The notes below the pieces were generated by a model, which was not told the DNA's origin, did not search any database, and saw nothing but the letters and a program-made list of their open reading frames with translations. Position numbers and translations under genes: made by a program. From a virus: a stretch of DNA of 64,000 bases. This document shows, in pieces, positions 32,009 to 41,349 of the stretch (the stretch's first letter is position 1; each line of letters begins with the position of its first letter). The DNA is taken from positions 6,856 to 70,855 of the IMG/VR virus record IMGVR_UViG_3300027969_003010; one strand, 5' to 3'.

Positions 32009-32034
32009 GTAATAACATAATCCAGGAGATTAAA

Positions 32035-32256
32035 ATGGGAATGAAAGAACAACCAAAAAAAATTTATCGCACTATGCAAGGTAAAGAAGTTGACATGGGT
32101 AAATTAGTTAACCAAAATGAAATGACTATTGCTGTGGGCAATATGCGTGTTAATGCCCGCGGTGATAAAATTGGAGCAGGCGGCAAAATTGTTAAAACTC
32201 GCGAAGAACTATTAGCAGAGCGCCAGCAATCTAACGATCCATCGGGCGGTGTATGA
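32035..32256 (+). CDS. Hypothetical protein
   Basis: AGGAG RBS; ATAAGTA motif upstream. Confidence 0.7.
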   Translation: MGMKEQPKKIYRTMQGKEVDMGKLVNQNEMTIAVGNMRVNARGDKIGAGGKIVKTREELLAERQQSNDPSGGV

Positions 32257-32681
32257 GTTTAGCAATTAAATCAGGTTTATCTACTAGAATAAAAGGCAAA
32301 CTTATTCCAATCCGTGATAATGTATTAATCACAGATATGAACTTTGATGCTAGAATATCCAAAGGCGGCATTGTATTACCAAGCGATGACGGCAAAAGTG
32401 AAGGTGTCAGACACCGCTGGGGTCGTGTTTGGGCAATTGGGCCAGAACAAAAAGACGTAGCAGTAGGTGAATGGATTCTTCTTGAACACGGAAGATGGAC
32501 ACGTGGTGTTATCATCGAAGAAGAAGATGGTACTGAAATCACTATTAGACGTGCGGATATCAAAGCCATTTTAGCGGTAAGTGACGCAATGCCTTCCGAA
32601 GATACATTTGGTGTGCATGGACAAGTTACACATCAAACATTTGATCCAAGCACATTTAGTCGTCCTAGCTTCGAACAATAA
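32253..32681 (+). CDS. GroES/Cpn10-like co-chaperonin
   Basis: LIPIRDNVLI, SKGGIVLP, GRVWAIGP, VAVGEWIL, DIKAILAV. Confidence 0.8.
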   Translation: MSLAIKSGLSTRIKGKLIPIRDNVLITDMNFDARISKGGIVLPSDDGKSEGVRHRWGRVWAIGPEQKDVAVGEWILLEHGRWTRGVIIEEEDGTEITIRRADIKAILAVSDAMPSEDTFGVHGQVTHQTFDPSTFSRPSFEQ

Positions 32682-32697
32682 AATATTTCTTTTGAGC

Positions 32698-32736
32698 AAC
32701 AGGGCTATTGACTAGCCCTGTTTTCACCTGTATACT
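32698..32736 (+). terminator. Terminator hairpin fused to a sigma70 promoter
   Basis: AACAGGGCTA-ttgac-TAGCCCTGTT+TT; TTGACT (32708-32713)-17bp-TATACT (32731-32736). Confidence 0.7.
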
Positions 32737-32757
32737 TGATATAAATGGAGAAGTCTT

Positions 32758-32898
32758 ATGTTTATATTTAATATACTACTAACAGCAATCGCTGTATATT
32801 TCGCCATACAAGAATACAATAATGCTAGAATTGGCTGGGCTATGTTCTGGGCGGCATTAGTAGGCTGGGACATTCACACATTAATTTATACTCTATAA
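32758..32898 (+). CDS. Small membrane protein (46 aa, not in the ORF track)
   Basis: GGAG RBS; MFIFNILLTAIAVYFAIQEYNNARIGWAMFWAALVGWDIHTLIYTL. Confidence 0.6.
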   Translation: MFIFNILLTAIAVYFAIQEYNNARIGWAMFWAALVGWDIHTLIYTL

Positions 32899-32907
32899 GG
32901 AAATAAT

Positions 32908-33144
32908 ATGAGCACACATCAGGAAGCTGTAAACGATATTAAAAAGGCAAAAAATGTAATTGACCACATTCCAGAAACATCTACACAACACTATCCAGAT
33001 GCAAAAAAGCATCTTTATATTAGTCTTGTAAAAAGCATTATCCGCATTGGAGCAGGTGGTTGTTTAATTCAAGGCAATTTGTTGTTTGCCGGCGGCTTGT
33101 TAATTTTTGCTGAAATACTTGGCATTGTCGAGGAACTGGTATGA
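32908..33144 (+). CDS. Small membrane protein
   Basis: AAGGA RBS; hydrophobic C-terminal half. Confidence 0.65.
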   Translation: MSTHQEAVNDIKKAKNVIDHIPETSTQHYPDAKKHLYISLVKSIIRIGAGGCLIQGNLLFAGGLLIFAEILGIVEELV

Positions 33145-33365
33145 TAACAGACGACCAACTTGGCGAATTATATTCCAAAAACTTAGCATTTGTAGATTCA
33201 CTATGCGGCGAGTATGGTGCTATGGAAGTGGCCGCTATTATGATGACCCAAGCATTGACCATTTATAAATCAGCAATGTCTGAGCAAGACTATAATAATA
33301 TGGTTGATAGTATCTCAGCAAGTAGAGACAAAGTTAAAACATTTGAAAGGCCGGTAATACAATGA
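33141..33365 (+). CDS. Hypothetical protein
   Basis: ATGA-coupled at both ends. Confidence 0.65.
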   Translation: MITDDQLGELYSKNLAFVDSLCGEYGAMEVAAIMMTQALTIYKSAMSEQDYNNMVDSISASRDKVKTFERPVIQ

Positions 33366-34276
33366 TTGAATTATGGGTAGAAAAATATCGGCCAAGTACT
33401 ATAGACGGATACGTCTGGCGTGATGGCGGGCAAAAACGCCAAGTAGAAAGTTGGATTAAAGACAAGTCAATTCCACACTTGTTGTTAAGCGGACCGCCAG
33501 GTATTGGCAAAACAACAATGGCTAAGATGTTGGTTAACGAAATTGGCATTGAAGATGCTGATGTACTAGAAGTTAACGCAAGTCGTGAAACTGGCATTGA
33601 TTTTATTCGTAACAAAATTGTTCCGTTTATCAGTAGTATTGCATGGGGTCCATTTAAGGTTGTGTTACTAGACGAAGCAGATCGTCTAAGTCCACAAGCA
33701 CAGGACTCGCTTAAAGGTATTGTTGAAGAGTACAGTAGCTTTGCTCGTTTTATTCTTACTTGTAATAATCCTAACATGGTTGTGCCAGCATTGCACAGTC
33801 GTTGCCAACAATTTCACTTTACTAAATTAGATCAAACAGAATTTACAGCTCGTTCAGCAACAATATTAGTAGAAGAAAATGTAGAGTTTGATCTTGAAAC
33901 TTTGGATTTGTATGTGAGTGCTACCTATCCAGATTTGCGTAAATGCATTAATATGCTACAGCAAAATACAAGCGAAGGTGCATTACACGCTCCTCACAAG
34001 GAAGATGCAAACAGTTTAGATTACAAGTTTGAAATGGTCGAATTGTTTAAAGCAGGCAAAATTGATGTAGCACGTAAACTATTATGCGGCAAAGTAAGAC
34101 CTGAAGAAATGAGTGATATTTTCCGTTGGTTGTATGATAACGTGGAATTATTTGGCGACGAACAAAAACAATTTAAAGCAGTTCATATTATCAAACAAGG
34201 TATGATTGATCACACACTTGTAATGGATCCGGAAATTAACCTTGCATCGGTGCTGGTTAGACTTACTAACATATGA
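33362..34276 (+). CDS. Sliding-clamp loader ATPase subunit (T4 gp44 / RFC-like)
   Basis: LWVEKYRP, GPPGIGKT, NASRETG, LLDEAD, SRC motif. Confidence 0.93.
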   Translation: MIELWVEKYRPSTIDGYVWRDGGQKRQVESWIKDKSIPHLLLSGPPGIGKTTMAKMLVNEIGIEDADVLEVNASRETGIDFIRNKIVPFISSIAWGPFKVVLLDEADRLSPQAQDSLKGIVEEYSSFARFILTCNNPNMVVPALHSRCQQFHFTKLDQTEFTARSATILVEENVEFDLETLDLYVSATYPDLRKCINMLQQNTSEGALHAPHKEDANSLDYKFEMVELFKAGKIDVARKLLCGKVRPEEMSDIFRWLYDNVELFGDEQKQFKAVHIIKQGMIDHTLVMDPEINLASVLVRLTNI

Positions 34277-34761
34277 AAGAAAAGTTTGTAAATGCCTATA
34301 TGGATGTGGCCGAACGCTTTGCTGAATTAAGCTCGGCACGTAGACTTCATGTAGGTGCTATTGTGGTTAAGGATGATAGAATAATATCTATCGGCTACAA
34401 TGGTATGCCAGCAGGTTGGGACAACAATTGCGAGAATACCGAATACGTTGGCAGTGACGAACAAATCCCTTCTCCAGATGAGATGAAACGATTGGGATTC
34501 ACTGGTACTGACCAGGGGTGGTATCGTTTAAAAACTAAACCAGAGGTACTTCATGCTGAAACCAATGCAATTGCCAAGTTGGCTAAATCTAACGAATCTG
34601 GTATGGGTGCTACTATGTTTATTACCCATGCTCCATGTTTGGACTGTGCCAAACTTATCTACCAAAGTGGTATTGGCAGTGTTCTATATAGGAACTCTTA
34701 TAGGGATACTAGTGGTGTCACGTTTCTTGAAAAGTCGGGTATTCAAGTAACGCAGATATAA
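34273..34761 (+). CDS. dCMP deaminase
   Basis: GYNG, HAETNAI, THAPCLDCAK. Confidence 0.92.
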   Translation: MKEKFVNAYMDVAERFAELSSARRLHVGAIVVKDDRIISIGYNGMPAGWDNNCENTEYVGSDEQIPSPDEMKRLGFTGTDQGWYRLKTKPEVLHAETNAIAKLAKSNESGMGATMFITHAPCLDCAKLIYQSGIGSVLYRNSYRDTSGVTFLEKSGIQVTQI

Positions 34762-34791
34762 AAATAGGGGCAACAACGCCCCTATCCTTTT
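34761..34791. terminator. Bidirectional terminator
   Basis: ATAGGGGC-aacaac-GCCCCTAT between convergent genes, A-run upstream and T-run downstream. Confidence 0.7.
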
Positions 34792-34800
34792 GACGTTGGT

Positions 34801-35517
34801 TTAATCACCGTACAGCGATAACACCTCCTTGACTGCATTGTGACGTTCAATATCTTTGTGGTCAAATTGCACAATGTCAATATGTTTTAGTGTTTTGCTG
34901 GTCAACAAGCCGCAAAAGTTCACTAATCCATTATCATTGACACGATCTGCTTGCGCCAAATCTCCTGTCACTACCATTTTAGACCCTTCTCCCAATCGGG
35001 TCAGTAGCATTTTCATTTGATTAGTTGTCGCATTTTGCATTTCATCTGCAATAATATAGGCATTCTTGAATGTGCGTCCACGCATGTATGCTAGCGGACT
35101 TATTTCTATCACTCCTTCTTCTAACATCTTAGCGATGTCTTTAGTTTGATAATATTCGCCCAAGACGTCAAATATAGGTCTTGTCCAAGGTGCCATTTTT
35201 TCATTTAGCGTACCTGGTAAAAAGCCTAAGTCTTCATCTACGGACACGGCGGGTCTTGTAACAATGATCTTATCAACTAAACCTTCCTGAAACTGCTTGA
35301 TACCATTCTGCACGGCTAGCATGGTTTTACCCGTGCCGGCTGGGCCAATAGCCAAGACGATACTTTTGGTTTCATCCTGTAACTTTTGTAGATATGTTTG
35401 CTGGTTGGGGCTTCGCGCATACAGACTTACTTTCTGCTTTTTCTGCGGAAGATATGGTTGAAAATCTAACACGTTAACTTCTGACGTAAAACGTTTTTTC
35501 ACTCTATTCTTACTCAT
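34801..35517 (-). CDS. phoH: PhoH-family ATPase
   Basis: GPAGTGKT, GFLPG, YMRGRTF, DEMQN, VTGDLAQ. Confidence 0.93.
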   Translation of the reverse strand: MSKNRVKKRFTSEVNVLDFQPYLPQKKQKVSLYARSPNQQTYLQKLQDETKSIVLAIGPAGTGKTMLAVQNGIKQFQEGLVDKIIVTRPAVSVDEDLGFLPGTLNEKMAPWTRPIFDVLGEYYQTKDIAKMLEEGVIEISPLAYMRGRTFKNAYIIADEMQNATTNQMKMLLTRLGEGSKMVVTGDLAQADRVNDNGLVNFCGLLTSKTLKHIDIVQFDHKDIERHNAVKEVLSLYGD

Positions 35518-35679
35518 TGTTTAATGTCTCCTACATTGGGGATGTAAGAACGACTGTAGTGACCGCCCGATGACTACCGTTCGTCCTACATAGTATTTAC
35601 AGAATACACAGAATAATAAAGTAATACGTTATGATTTCGAACCAGCTAAATAAGTATAGAAGCTTCTAGGACAAAAATA

Positions 35680-36282
35680 ATGCATGATATCATAGATGTT
35701 ATTACAAACATACAAGAATTATACGAAAACAATAGTAGTCTAGCCGCACTTAAAGACTTTGAGCGTGTGCTGGATGAGATGGATATGTACGTATATAAAA
35801 ACTGGCTCGACGGCGAATTAGCGTACGGCCCTAAAGTAGAGCGTCACTGGGTCACTGCTGGCTTTATGTGGCCTCGAGATAAAATGCCAGACCCTATGGC
35901 CGCAAAGCGTTTGATGGAAATCGGTTGTAAAATTGGCTATCAAAAAACTCATTTGATGGAAGCTCGAGAAATTAAAAAACCAGACGATATTCGTCCTGGT
36001 ACAAAGAAAGGCAAGATGGACCGTAAACCAATTTGGATGGTCGAAATCACTATGCCTAGAAAACTAGTATCTGACATTTACAAAGGCTATATGAACAGAA
36101 TGCGCGAAGAGTTAGGCAATGAAGGTATGCAAACTCAACCACCAACTCCGTTAGATACTAATGCGGCAATGCAAACAAATACTGCACCGACTGCTCCTAT
36201 GACTGGCGGTATGCCAGGCGGGCAACCAGGCGGCGTACCTGGAACTCCACCGGCAGGCGCTGGTGCACCGATGGTAGCATAA
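35680..36282 (+). CDS. Hypothetical protein with low-complexity Pro/Gly/Met tail
   Basis: ORF after a CTAAATAAGTA late-type motif. Confidence 0.75.
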   Translation: MHDIIDVITNIQELYENNSSLAALKDFERVLDEMDMYVYKNWLDGELAYGPKVERHWVTAGFMWPRDKMPDPMAAKRLMEIGCKIGYQKTHLMEAREIKKPDDIRPGTKKGKMDRKPIWMVEITMPRKLVSDIYKGYMNRMREELGNEGMQTQPPTPLDTNAAMQTNTAPTAPMTGGMPGGQPGGVPGTPPAGAGAPMVA

Positions 36283-36283
36283 T

Positions 36284-37027
36284 ATGATTATTAGCGAAGC
36301 ACTTAGAGCCAAAGATCTTAGAAAACTTGTCAAAAATATTTTTGAAATAGACAATTATAAGAGTAAAATTGGAGACGACAGAGATACTGTAGTTTTAACA
36401 TTTACAGTAGATACTAAAGATCCTGCGGACGATTTAGAAAACTTTTTAGAAATGGGTTATGACTTTATCTTAGATTCAGAAGCAACTACTGGAGAACTTG
36501 ATGATGGGAAGTATCGGGTATTTGTAGAGATTGAACGTAGTCGTCATGTCTCAGAGCAAATAGTTGAAATATTAGACGGCGTCAGTAAACTGACTGGAAT
36601 TGATAATTTTAGATTTCGTTACCATAAAGAATTTAAAAGCCAAGAAGCAACTAAAGAAAATTTAGAAAAAGCAATACCTGCTGATGGTGATGCTTACGAT
36701 ATTGCAATCCAAAACGAAGGGCTTAATAATTTTAGTAAATTCTTTTCTAATAGTTATGTTGACGATATCACATTGTTAAGCGAAACAATTACACTAAAAC
36801 GTATTCACAAAGATCCTATTACTTTGAAAATTGTTGATTTCGGATCTAAACAAGAAATGCATGAGCAAACAAAAGGCCCAATTATGCTAGAAGGTAACGG
36901 CATGGCTGAAACTATCTATCTAACAAAATATATTGGCAATTATAATATAAACAAAGTTGGTTCGAAGTTTATATTAGAAAAAGAAGGTTATGCTTTAATA
37001 TTGGAGAAAGCACATGGCGGATTTTAA
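36284..37027 (+). CDS. Hypothetical protein
   Basis: 247-aa ORF tightly packed in an operon. Confidence 0.75.
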   Translation: MIISEALRAKDLRKLVKNIFEIDNYKSKIGDDRDTVVLTFTVDTKDPADDLENFLEMGYDFILDSEATTGELDDGKYRVFVEIERSRHVSEQIVEILDGVSKLTGIDNFRFRYHKEFKSQEATKENLEKAIPADGDAYDIAIQNEGLNNFSKFFSNSYVDDITLLSETITLKRIHKDPITLKIVDFGSKQEMHEQTKGPIMLEGNGMAETIYLTKYIGNYNINKVGSKFILEKEGYALILEKAHGGF

Positions 37028-37643
37028 ATTTAATTTTACAAAGGACAAGTTGAAAGCTATCATTGGTAATAACCCTTATCTTGATGACTGGTATGAATCT
37101 TTATGTCAAATACTTCCCGATTATGATATTGACACAGTACCACGTGTTGCGGCATTCTTGGCGCAGACAGCACACGAAAGTGGTAACTATCGTGCAATTA
37201 AAGAAAACTTAAATTACAAAGCAGAAAGTCTTTGTAAAGTGTGGCCAAGATATTTTCCAGATATGGCCACTGCCAAGTCTTATGAAAAACAACCAGAACG
37301 TATTGCCAACCGTGCATACGGAAATCGTATGGGTAATGGCCCAGAAGAAAGCGGTGATGGTTGGAAATATGCAGGTAAAGGTCTTATCCAACTAACTGGC
37401 AAAGACAACTACACACGTTACGCACAAAGTTTAGAGATTAGCGTAGAAGAAGCTAGCGAACATTTGACAACATTTGAAGGTTGTGTACAAAGTGCGGCTT
37501 GGTTCTGGGAAGCCAACAATTTGAATCAGTGGGCAGACAGCGCCGATATACTAACAATGACCAAACGTATTAACGGTGGCACTATTGGTTTAGAAGATCG
37601 TATCAAGCATTACAATCATGCAATGCATGTATTAGAAGGCTAA
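37014..37643 (+). CDS. Endolysin, glycoside hydrolase family 19
   Basis: AAFLAQTAHES, ENLNY, GKGLIQLTGKDNY, SAAWFW, TKRINGG. Confidence 0.92.
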   Translation: MADFKFNFTKDKLKAIIGNNPYLDDWYESLCQILPDYDIDTVPRVAAFLAQTAHESGNYRAIKENLNYKAESLCKVWPRYFPDMATAKSYEKQPERIANRAYGNRMGNGPEESGDGWKYAGKGLIQLTGKDNYTRYAQSLEISVEEASEHLTTFEGCVQSAAWFWEANNLNQWADSADILTMTKRINGGTIGLEDRIKHYNHAMHVLEG

Positions 37644-37646
37644 ATC

Positions 37647-38099
37647 ATGGAACAGTTTCAGTGGATGTTTAGCATTATACCAGATGCAATATTGAACTGG
37701 GTATACTGGGGCATCATTGCTGTGGGGTTGACTGGTGTTGTGGCTGGATGGTTAGGCCAATGGATTCCAGTATACGGAAAATATACTGGAATATTAAAAC
37801 CAATTGGTATTGCTGTTCTTGTGCTAGGTGTATGGTTGCGCGGTGGCTACGATACTGAATTAGCATGGCGTGCCAAGGTAGCAGAAGCTGAAGCAAAAGT
37901 AGTGGCCGCTGAAGCTAAGTCTAAAGAAACCAATACTGTTATACAAACACAGTATAGAGACAAAGTAAAAACTGTCAAAGAAATACAGATAGTTGTACAA
38001 GAACGTATTGTTAAAGAAGCCGCAAAAATGGACGCAGAGTGCAAAGTTGATCCAGAAGCTATTAGTATTTTAAATCAAGCCGCAGGAGGTAAGAAATGA
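37647..38099 (+). CDS. Putative i-spanin (Rz-like)
   Basis: N-terminal TM segments then a coiled coil; lies between endolysin and a lipoprotein. Confidence 0.7.
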   Translation: MEQFQWMFSIIPDAILNWVYWGIIAVGLTGVVAGWLGQWIPVYGKYTGILKPIGIAVLVLGVWLRGGYDTELAWRAKVAEAEAKVVAAEAKSKETNTVIQTQYRDKVKTVKEIQIVVQERIVKEAAKMDAECKVDPEAISILNQAAGGKK

Positions 38100-38362
38100 A
38101 ATATATTATCATTGCACTAATCCTATGTTTAACTGGTTGCGCTAGTACTGTTCCAGTAACTATGAATTTTCCACAAGTTCCTGAAGAGTTAAAAACAGCT
38201 TGTCCAGACTTAAAAACTATCCCCGAAGGCACTACTAAACTAAGCGAAGTTGTTAGTAGCGTTAGTGAAAACTACGGACAGTATCAAGAGTGTAAAATTA
38301 AGATAGATGCGTGGACACAGTGGTACAATAGTCAAAAGAAGATATTTGAAAGTATTAAGTAA
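38096..38362 (+). CDS. Putative o-spanin (Rz1-like lipoprotein)
   Basis: Signal peptide with LTGC lipobox, Pro-rich segment, two further Cys. Confidence 0.75.
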   Translation: MKYIIIALILCLTGCASTVPVTMNFPQVPEELKTACPDLKTIPEGTTKLSEVVSSVSENYGQYQECKIKIDAWTQWYNSQKKIFESIK

Positions 38363-38939
38363 CATGGGTACTAGGCCGTATACTAAATTAAATGATATCA
38401 AATTAGATATTACTTTGGATAGTATTGTAGTAGAAATTGGTAGTGAAAATGGCGAAGGAAGTTCTTTATGGTTATACAATTGGGCTAAAGAGCGTAATTT
38501 AGAATTTTATTCTATAGATGTAGAACACAGTAAAAGAGAAACAGATTATCCAGACATAAATTGGATAGTTACAAATTCTGGAAGCGACTGGTGTAAGAAT
38601 ATTTTACCTAGTTTAAATAAAAAAATTAAAGTGTTATATCTAGATAATTTTGATTGGATTTCAGATTCGAATAAATCAGAATCGTTTATTCAAAAACAAA
38701 TTGAAGATTATGCTAAACGCGGTGTTATGATGAATAATCAAAATTGCCAAGACGAGCACCGATTACAAGTAGAATATTGTTTGCCATTTTTAGATGAACA
38801 ATCAGTTGTAATTATGGATGACACATATTATGCCAACGATACTCAATTGGTTGGTAAATGTGCTACAGCGATTCCAGTATTACAACTACACGGATTTCAA
38901 ATGTCTGGCACAGAATATGCCATTAGAGGATACAAATGA
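38363..38939 (+). CDS. Putative class I SAM-dependent methyltransferase
   Basis: VVEIGSENGEGS, YSIDVE, VLYLD, VIMDD; likely ATG at 38363. Confidence 0.6.
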
Positions 38940-39337
38940 AAAAATTATTAGTAATTTTAGCAGTATGGGGATTGTCGGGTTGTGCATTGATTGATGCATA
39001 TATGATGGCCAGATTTGACAACAACGAATACATGTTGATCAATCGTGTACGCACACAGGCAAACTTAGGCGCGGCCAAGTGCGGGAAACCCGAAGTGGTT
39101 GAAGAAGTAGATAGCATATGGCGTACCACTATAGAGTTAAAAAATTACACACAGTCAATTCCACGCAATGAGGAAGCAACTAAAATGAGCGCAGAACTAG
39201 CGGAAATTGTTAAAGGGTTAAGTGATCGTTACAAAGGCACTGAACCAGTTAGCTTGATGTATTGTACTACAAAATTTAGCAGTATTGAGCGTAATGCTGT
39301 TACTATTCAAAACGTTATAGGGAAGAAACCAAGATGA
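38936..39337 (+). CDS. Lipoprotein of unknown function
   Basis: Signal peptide with LSGC lipobox. Confidence 0.7.
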   Translation: MKKLLVILAVWGLSGCALIDAYMMARFDNNEYMLINRVRTQANLGAAKCGKPEVVEEVDSIWRTTIELKNYTQSIPRNEEATKMSAELAEIVKGLSDRYKGTEPVSLMYCTTKFSSIERNAVTIQNVIGKKPR

Positions 39338-39582
39338 GTGTGGAACAACAATTAGAAGCCTTGTTTAATACAGGCGACCCAAGTTTACAAGATCTAGCTA
39401 CTCGTGCTAACGATTTAAAAAAAGCCTTAGAATCTGGACAAATTAGCAAAGGCGAGTTTATGGAAATGCTACAAGATTTAGCCCATGAAAAGAATATCAA
39501 CGAATCAGCACACGATTTACAAGTAAAAATAGCAGTTAATGCGGCTTTAGAGGCACTGGTTAATGTAGCAAGTATGTACTAA
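39334..39582 (+). CDS. Hypothetical protein
   Basis: ATGA-coupled, helical. Confidence 0.65.
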   Translation: MSVEQQLEALFNTGDPSLQDLATRANDLKKALESGQISKGEFMEMLQDLAHEKNINESAHDLQVKIAVNAALEALVNVASMY

Positions 39583-39610
39583 ATATATTATAAAGACAAA
39601 GGAGCGAACT

Positions 39611-40081
39611 ATGTCAGAAGTAACGAGCGAATCAAAGAAAGAAGATTGGATGAATTCAAAATGGCGTCCAATGATGGGTTGGATGTATATGGTTGTCTGT
39701 ATGATGGACATGGTTATATTTCCAATCTTATGGAGTCTATTGCAGACATTTACCCATACACAAATTACTCAATGGAATCCACTAACACTACAAGGTGCTG
39801 GCTTATTCCATATTGCTATGGGAGCAGTCCTTGGTATTGCGGCATTTGGTCGTACACAAGAAAAATTAGGCGGAGCAAACAATGGCGGAGCACAAGTACC
39901 AACACCTGCGCCTACATTTAGTCCTGCACCAGCGGCACCTGCGCCTAGTTTTAGTAGCGCACCATTTGTTGCTCCAGCAAGTACAAGTTTTGCACCAGCA
40001 CCAAGTTGGGGTACAACACCAGTAGCAACAACAGCAAGCGGTAAGAAGATTGTGCCAGACGCTGATCAGCCAGCAATTTAA
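39611..40081 (+). CDS. Putative holin (3TM holin-like)
   Basis: WRPMMGWMY, TM helices, VLGIAAFGRTQEK; within the lysis region. Confidence 0.7.
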   Translation: MSEVTSESKKEDWMNSKWRPMMGWMYMVVCMMDMVIFPILWSLLQTFTHTQITQWNPLTLQGAGLFHIAMGAVLGIAAFGRTQEKLGGANNGGAQVPTPAPTFSPAPAAPAPSFSSAPFVAPASTSFAPAPSWGTTPVATTASGKKIVPDADQPAI

Positions 40082-40093
40082 TAGGAGAATAAC

Positions 40094-40216
40094 ATGTTAG
40101 ATACATTATTATGGATAGCAGTAGGCGCATTTGTAGGTTGGAATTTTCCACAGCCGTTTTGGGCAAAGATTATTCAAGAAAAAATTCAAACCATGTTAGC
40201 TAAGAAAGGAGTATAA
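40094..40216 (+). CDS. Small membrane protein (40 aa, not in the ORF track)
   Basis: AGGAG RBS; MLDTLLWIAVGAFVGWNFPQPFWAKIIQEKIQTMLAKKGV. Confidence 0.65.
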   Translation: MLDTLLWIAVGAFVGWNFPQPFWAKIIQEKIQTMLAKKGV

Positions 40217-40217
40217 T

Positions 40218-40433
40218 ATGAAATTAATTTTAGCATTAGTAGCAAGTTTAGCATTAGTTGGTACAGCGTATGCTGGCGGTGAAATGAAAGAAGTTTGTAC
40301 ACCAAAAGTAGACAAAGCAGGCAAGCCAGTAAATGATAAAAAGACTGGAAAGCAAGCTCAAGATTGTAAAAAAATCAAAGTACACAAGAAAGTAGAAGGC
40401 GAAAAAGTTCCAGAACCTGCCAAGAAAAAGTAA
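40218..40433 (+). CDS. Small secreted basic protein
   Basis: Signal peptide (AYA cleavage site), Cys pair, Lys-rich. Confidence 0.7.
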   Translation: MKLILALVASLALVGTAYAGGEMKEVCTPKVDKAGKPVNDKKTGKQAQDCKKIKVHKKVEGEKVPEPAKKK

Positions 40434-40441
40434 TCAAAAAC

Positions 40442-40470
40442 TTGACAGGTCTCCTTTAAGATAGTATAAT
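40442..40470 (+). promoter_or_regulatory. Consensus sigma70 promoter of dnaJ-def-clpA
   Basis: TTGACA-17bp-TATAAT. Confidence 0.8.
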
Positions 40471-40503
40471 TACTATTATTAACTGGGACCTGTTATTACG
40501 ACT

Positions 40504-41349
40504 ATGACTGATTATTACCAAACACTAGGAGTTAGCGAGCAAGCTAGCTCAGAAGAAATTAAGCGAGCATATAGAAGCTTGGCCAATAAACATCATCCTG
40601 ACAAGGGCGGTGACCAAGCTATGTTCAAAAATATAAGCGTTGCCAACGATGTATTAAGCGACCCACAAAAACGTGCGGAGTACGATCAGCAACGTCGATT
40701 CCCACAAGGACAGCAATTTCATTTCCATACTGGAAATAATCCATTTGGAGATATTTTTGGCGGAGCAAGTCCATTTGGAGATATTTTTGGCGCAATGCAT
40801 AGACAACAAGCACGTCGAAATAGAGATTTGAATATACAATGTCAAGTTACTTTATTAGACAGTTATCTTGGCAAACAACTAGAAGCACAATATCAATTAC
40901 CTAGTGGTCGTACACAAACTGTTGTTATCAACGTACCTGCTGGAATATCACACGGTGAAACTATCCGTTATCAAGGGCTGGGAGACGACAGCGTACAAGG
41001 TGCGCAACGTGGTGATCTTAATGTAACTATTATTGTTATGGGAGATCCAAACTTTGAACGTAGAGGAAATGATTTATATACTACCGTGGAACTTACACCT
41101 ATCGAATCTTTAATTGGTTGCAGAAAATCTGTTAGAACAATTAGTGGTCAACACATTGATATAGACATACGCCCTGGGGTAGACACTGGAGTTGAGTTTG
41201 CTAGTGCTGGACAAGGTTTTGTAGATATACAGCGACATGTCAAAGGAAGGTTTGTAACAGTTGTTAAGATTAGATCTAAACCAATAACCGATCCAGAATT
41301 AGTAGCAAGACTGAGACAATTAGATGCTGAAATTACACAAAGAGGATGA
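40504..41349 (+). CDS. dnaJ: DnaJ/CbpA-type co-chaperone (no zinc finger)
   Basis: DYYQTLGV, HHPDK, G/F-rich region, C-terminal GDL and FERRGNDL. Confidence 0.88.
   Translation: MTDYYQTLGVSEQASSEEIKRAYRSLANKHHPDKGGDQAMFKNISVANDVLSDPQKRAEYDQQRRFPQGQQFHFHTGNNPFGDIFGGASPFGDIFGAMHRQQARRNRDLNIQCQVTLLDSYLGKQLEAQYQLPSGRTQTVVINVPAGISHGETIRYQGLGDDSVQGAQRGDLNVTIIVMGDPNFERRGNDLYTTVELTPIESLIGCRKSVRTISGQHIDIDIRPGVDTGVEFASAGQGFVDIQRHVKGRFVTVVKIRSKPITDPELVARLRQLDAEITQRG
40740..40792 (+). repeat. 23-bp direct repeat, 30-bp period (PFGDIFG x2)
   Basis: TCCATTTGGAGATATTTTTGGCG at 40740 and 40770. Confidence 0.8.

Noticed and set aside
35518-35679. tRNA in the longer intergenic gaps
   Set aside because: No cloverleaf or T-loop consensus was found by eye here or in the other gaps; tRNAscan-SE would settle it.
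38307-38362. Upstream start for the methyltransferase-like ORF
   Set aside because: It would overlap the o-spanin; the ATG at 38363 directly follows that gene.
40740-40792. Direct repeat in dnaJ as a regulatory or mobile element
   Set aside because: It encodes the ordinary G/F-rich linker.
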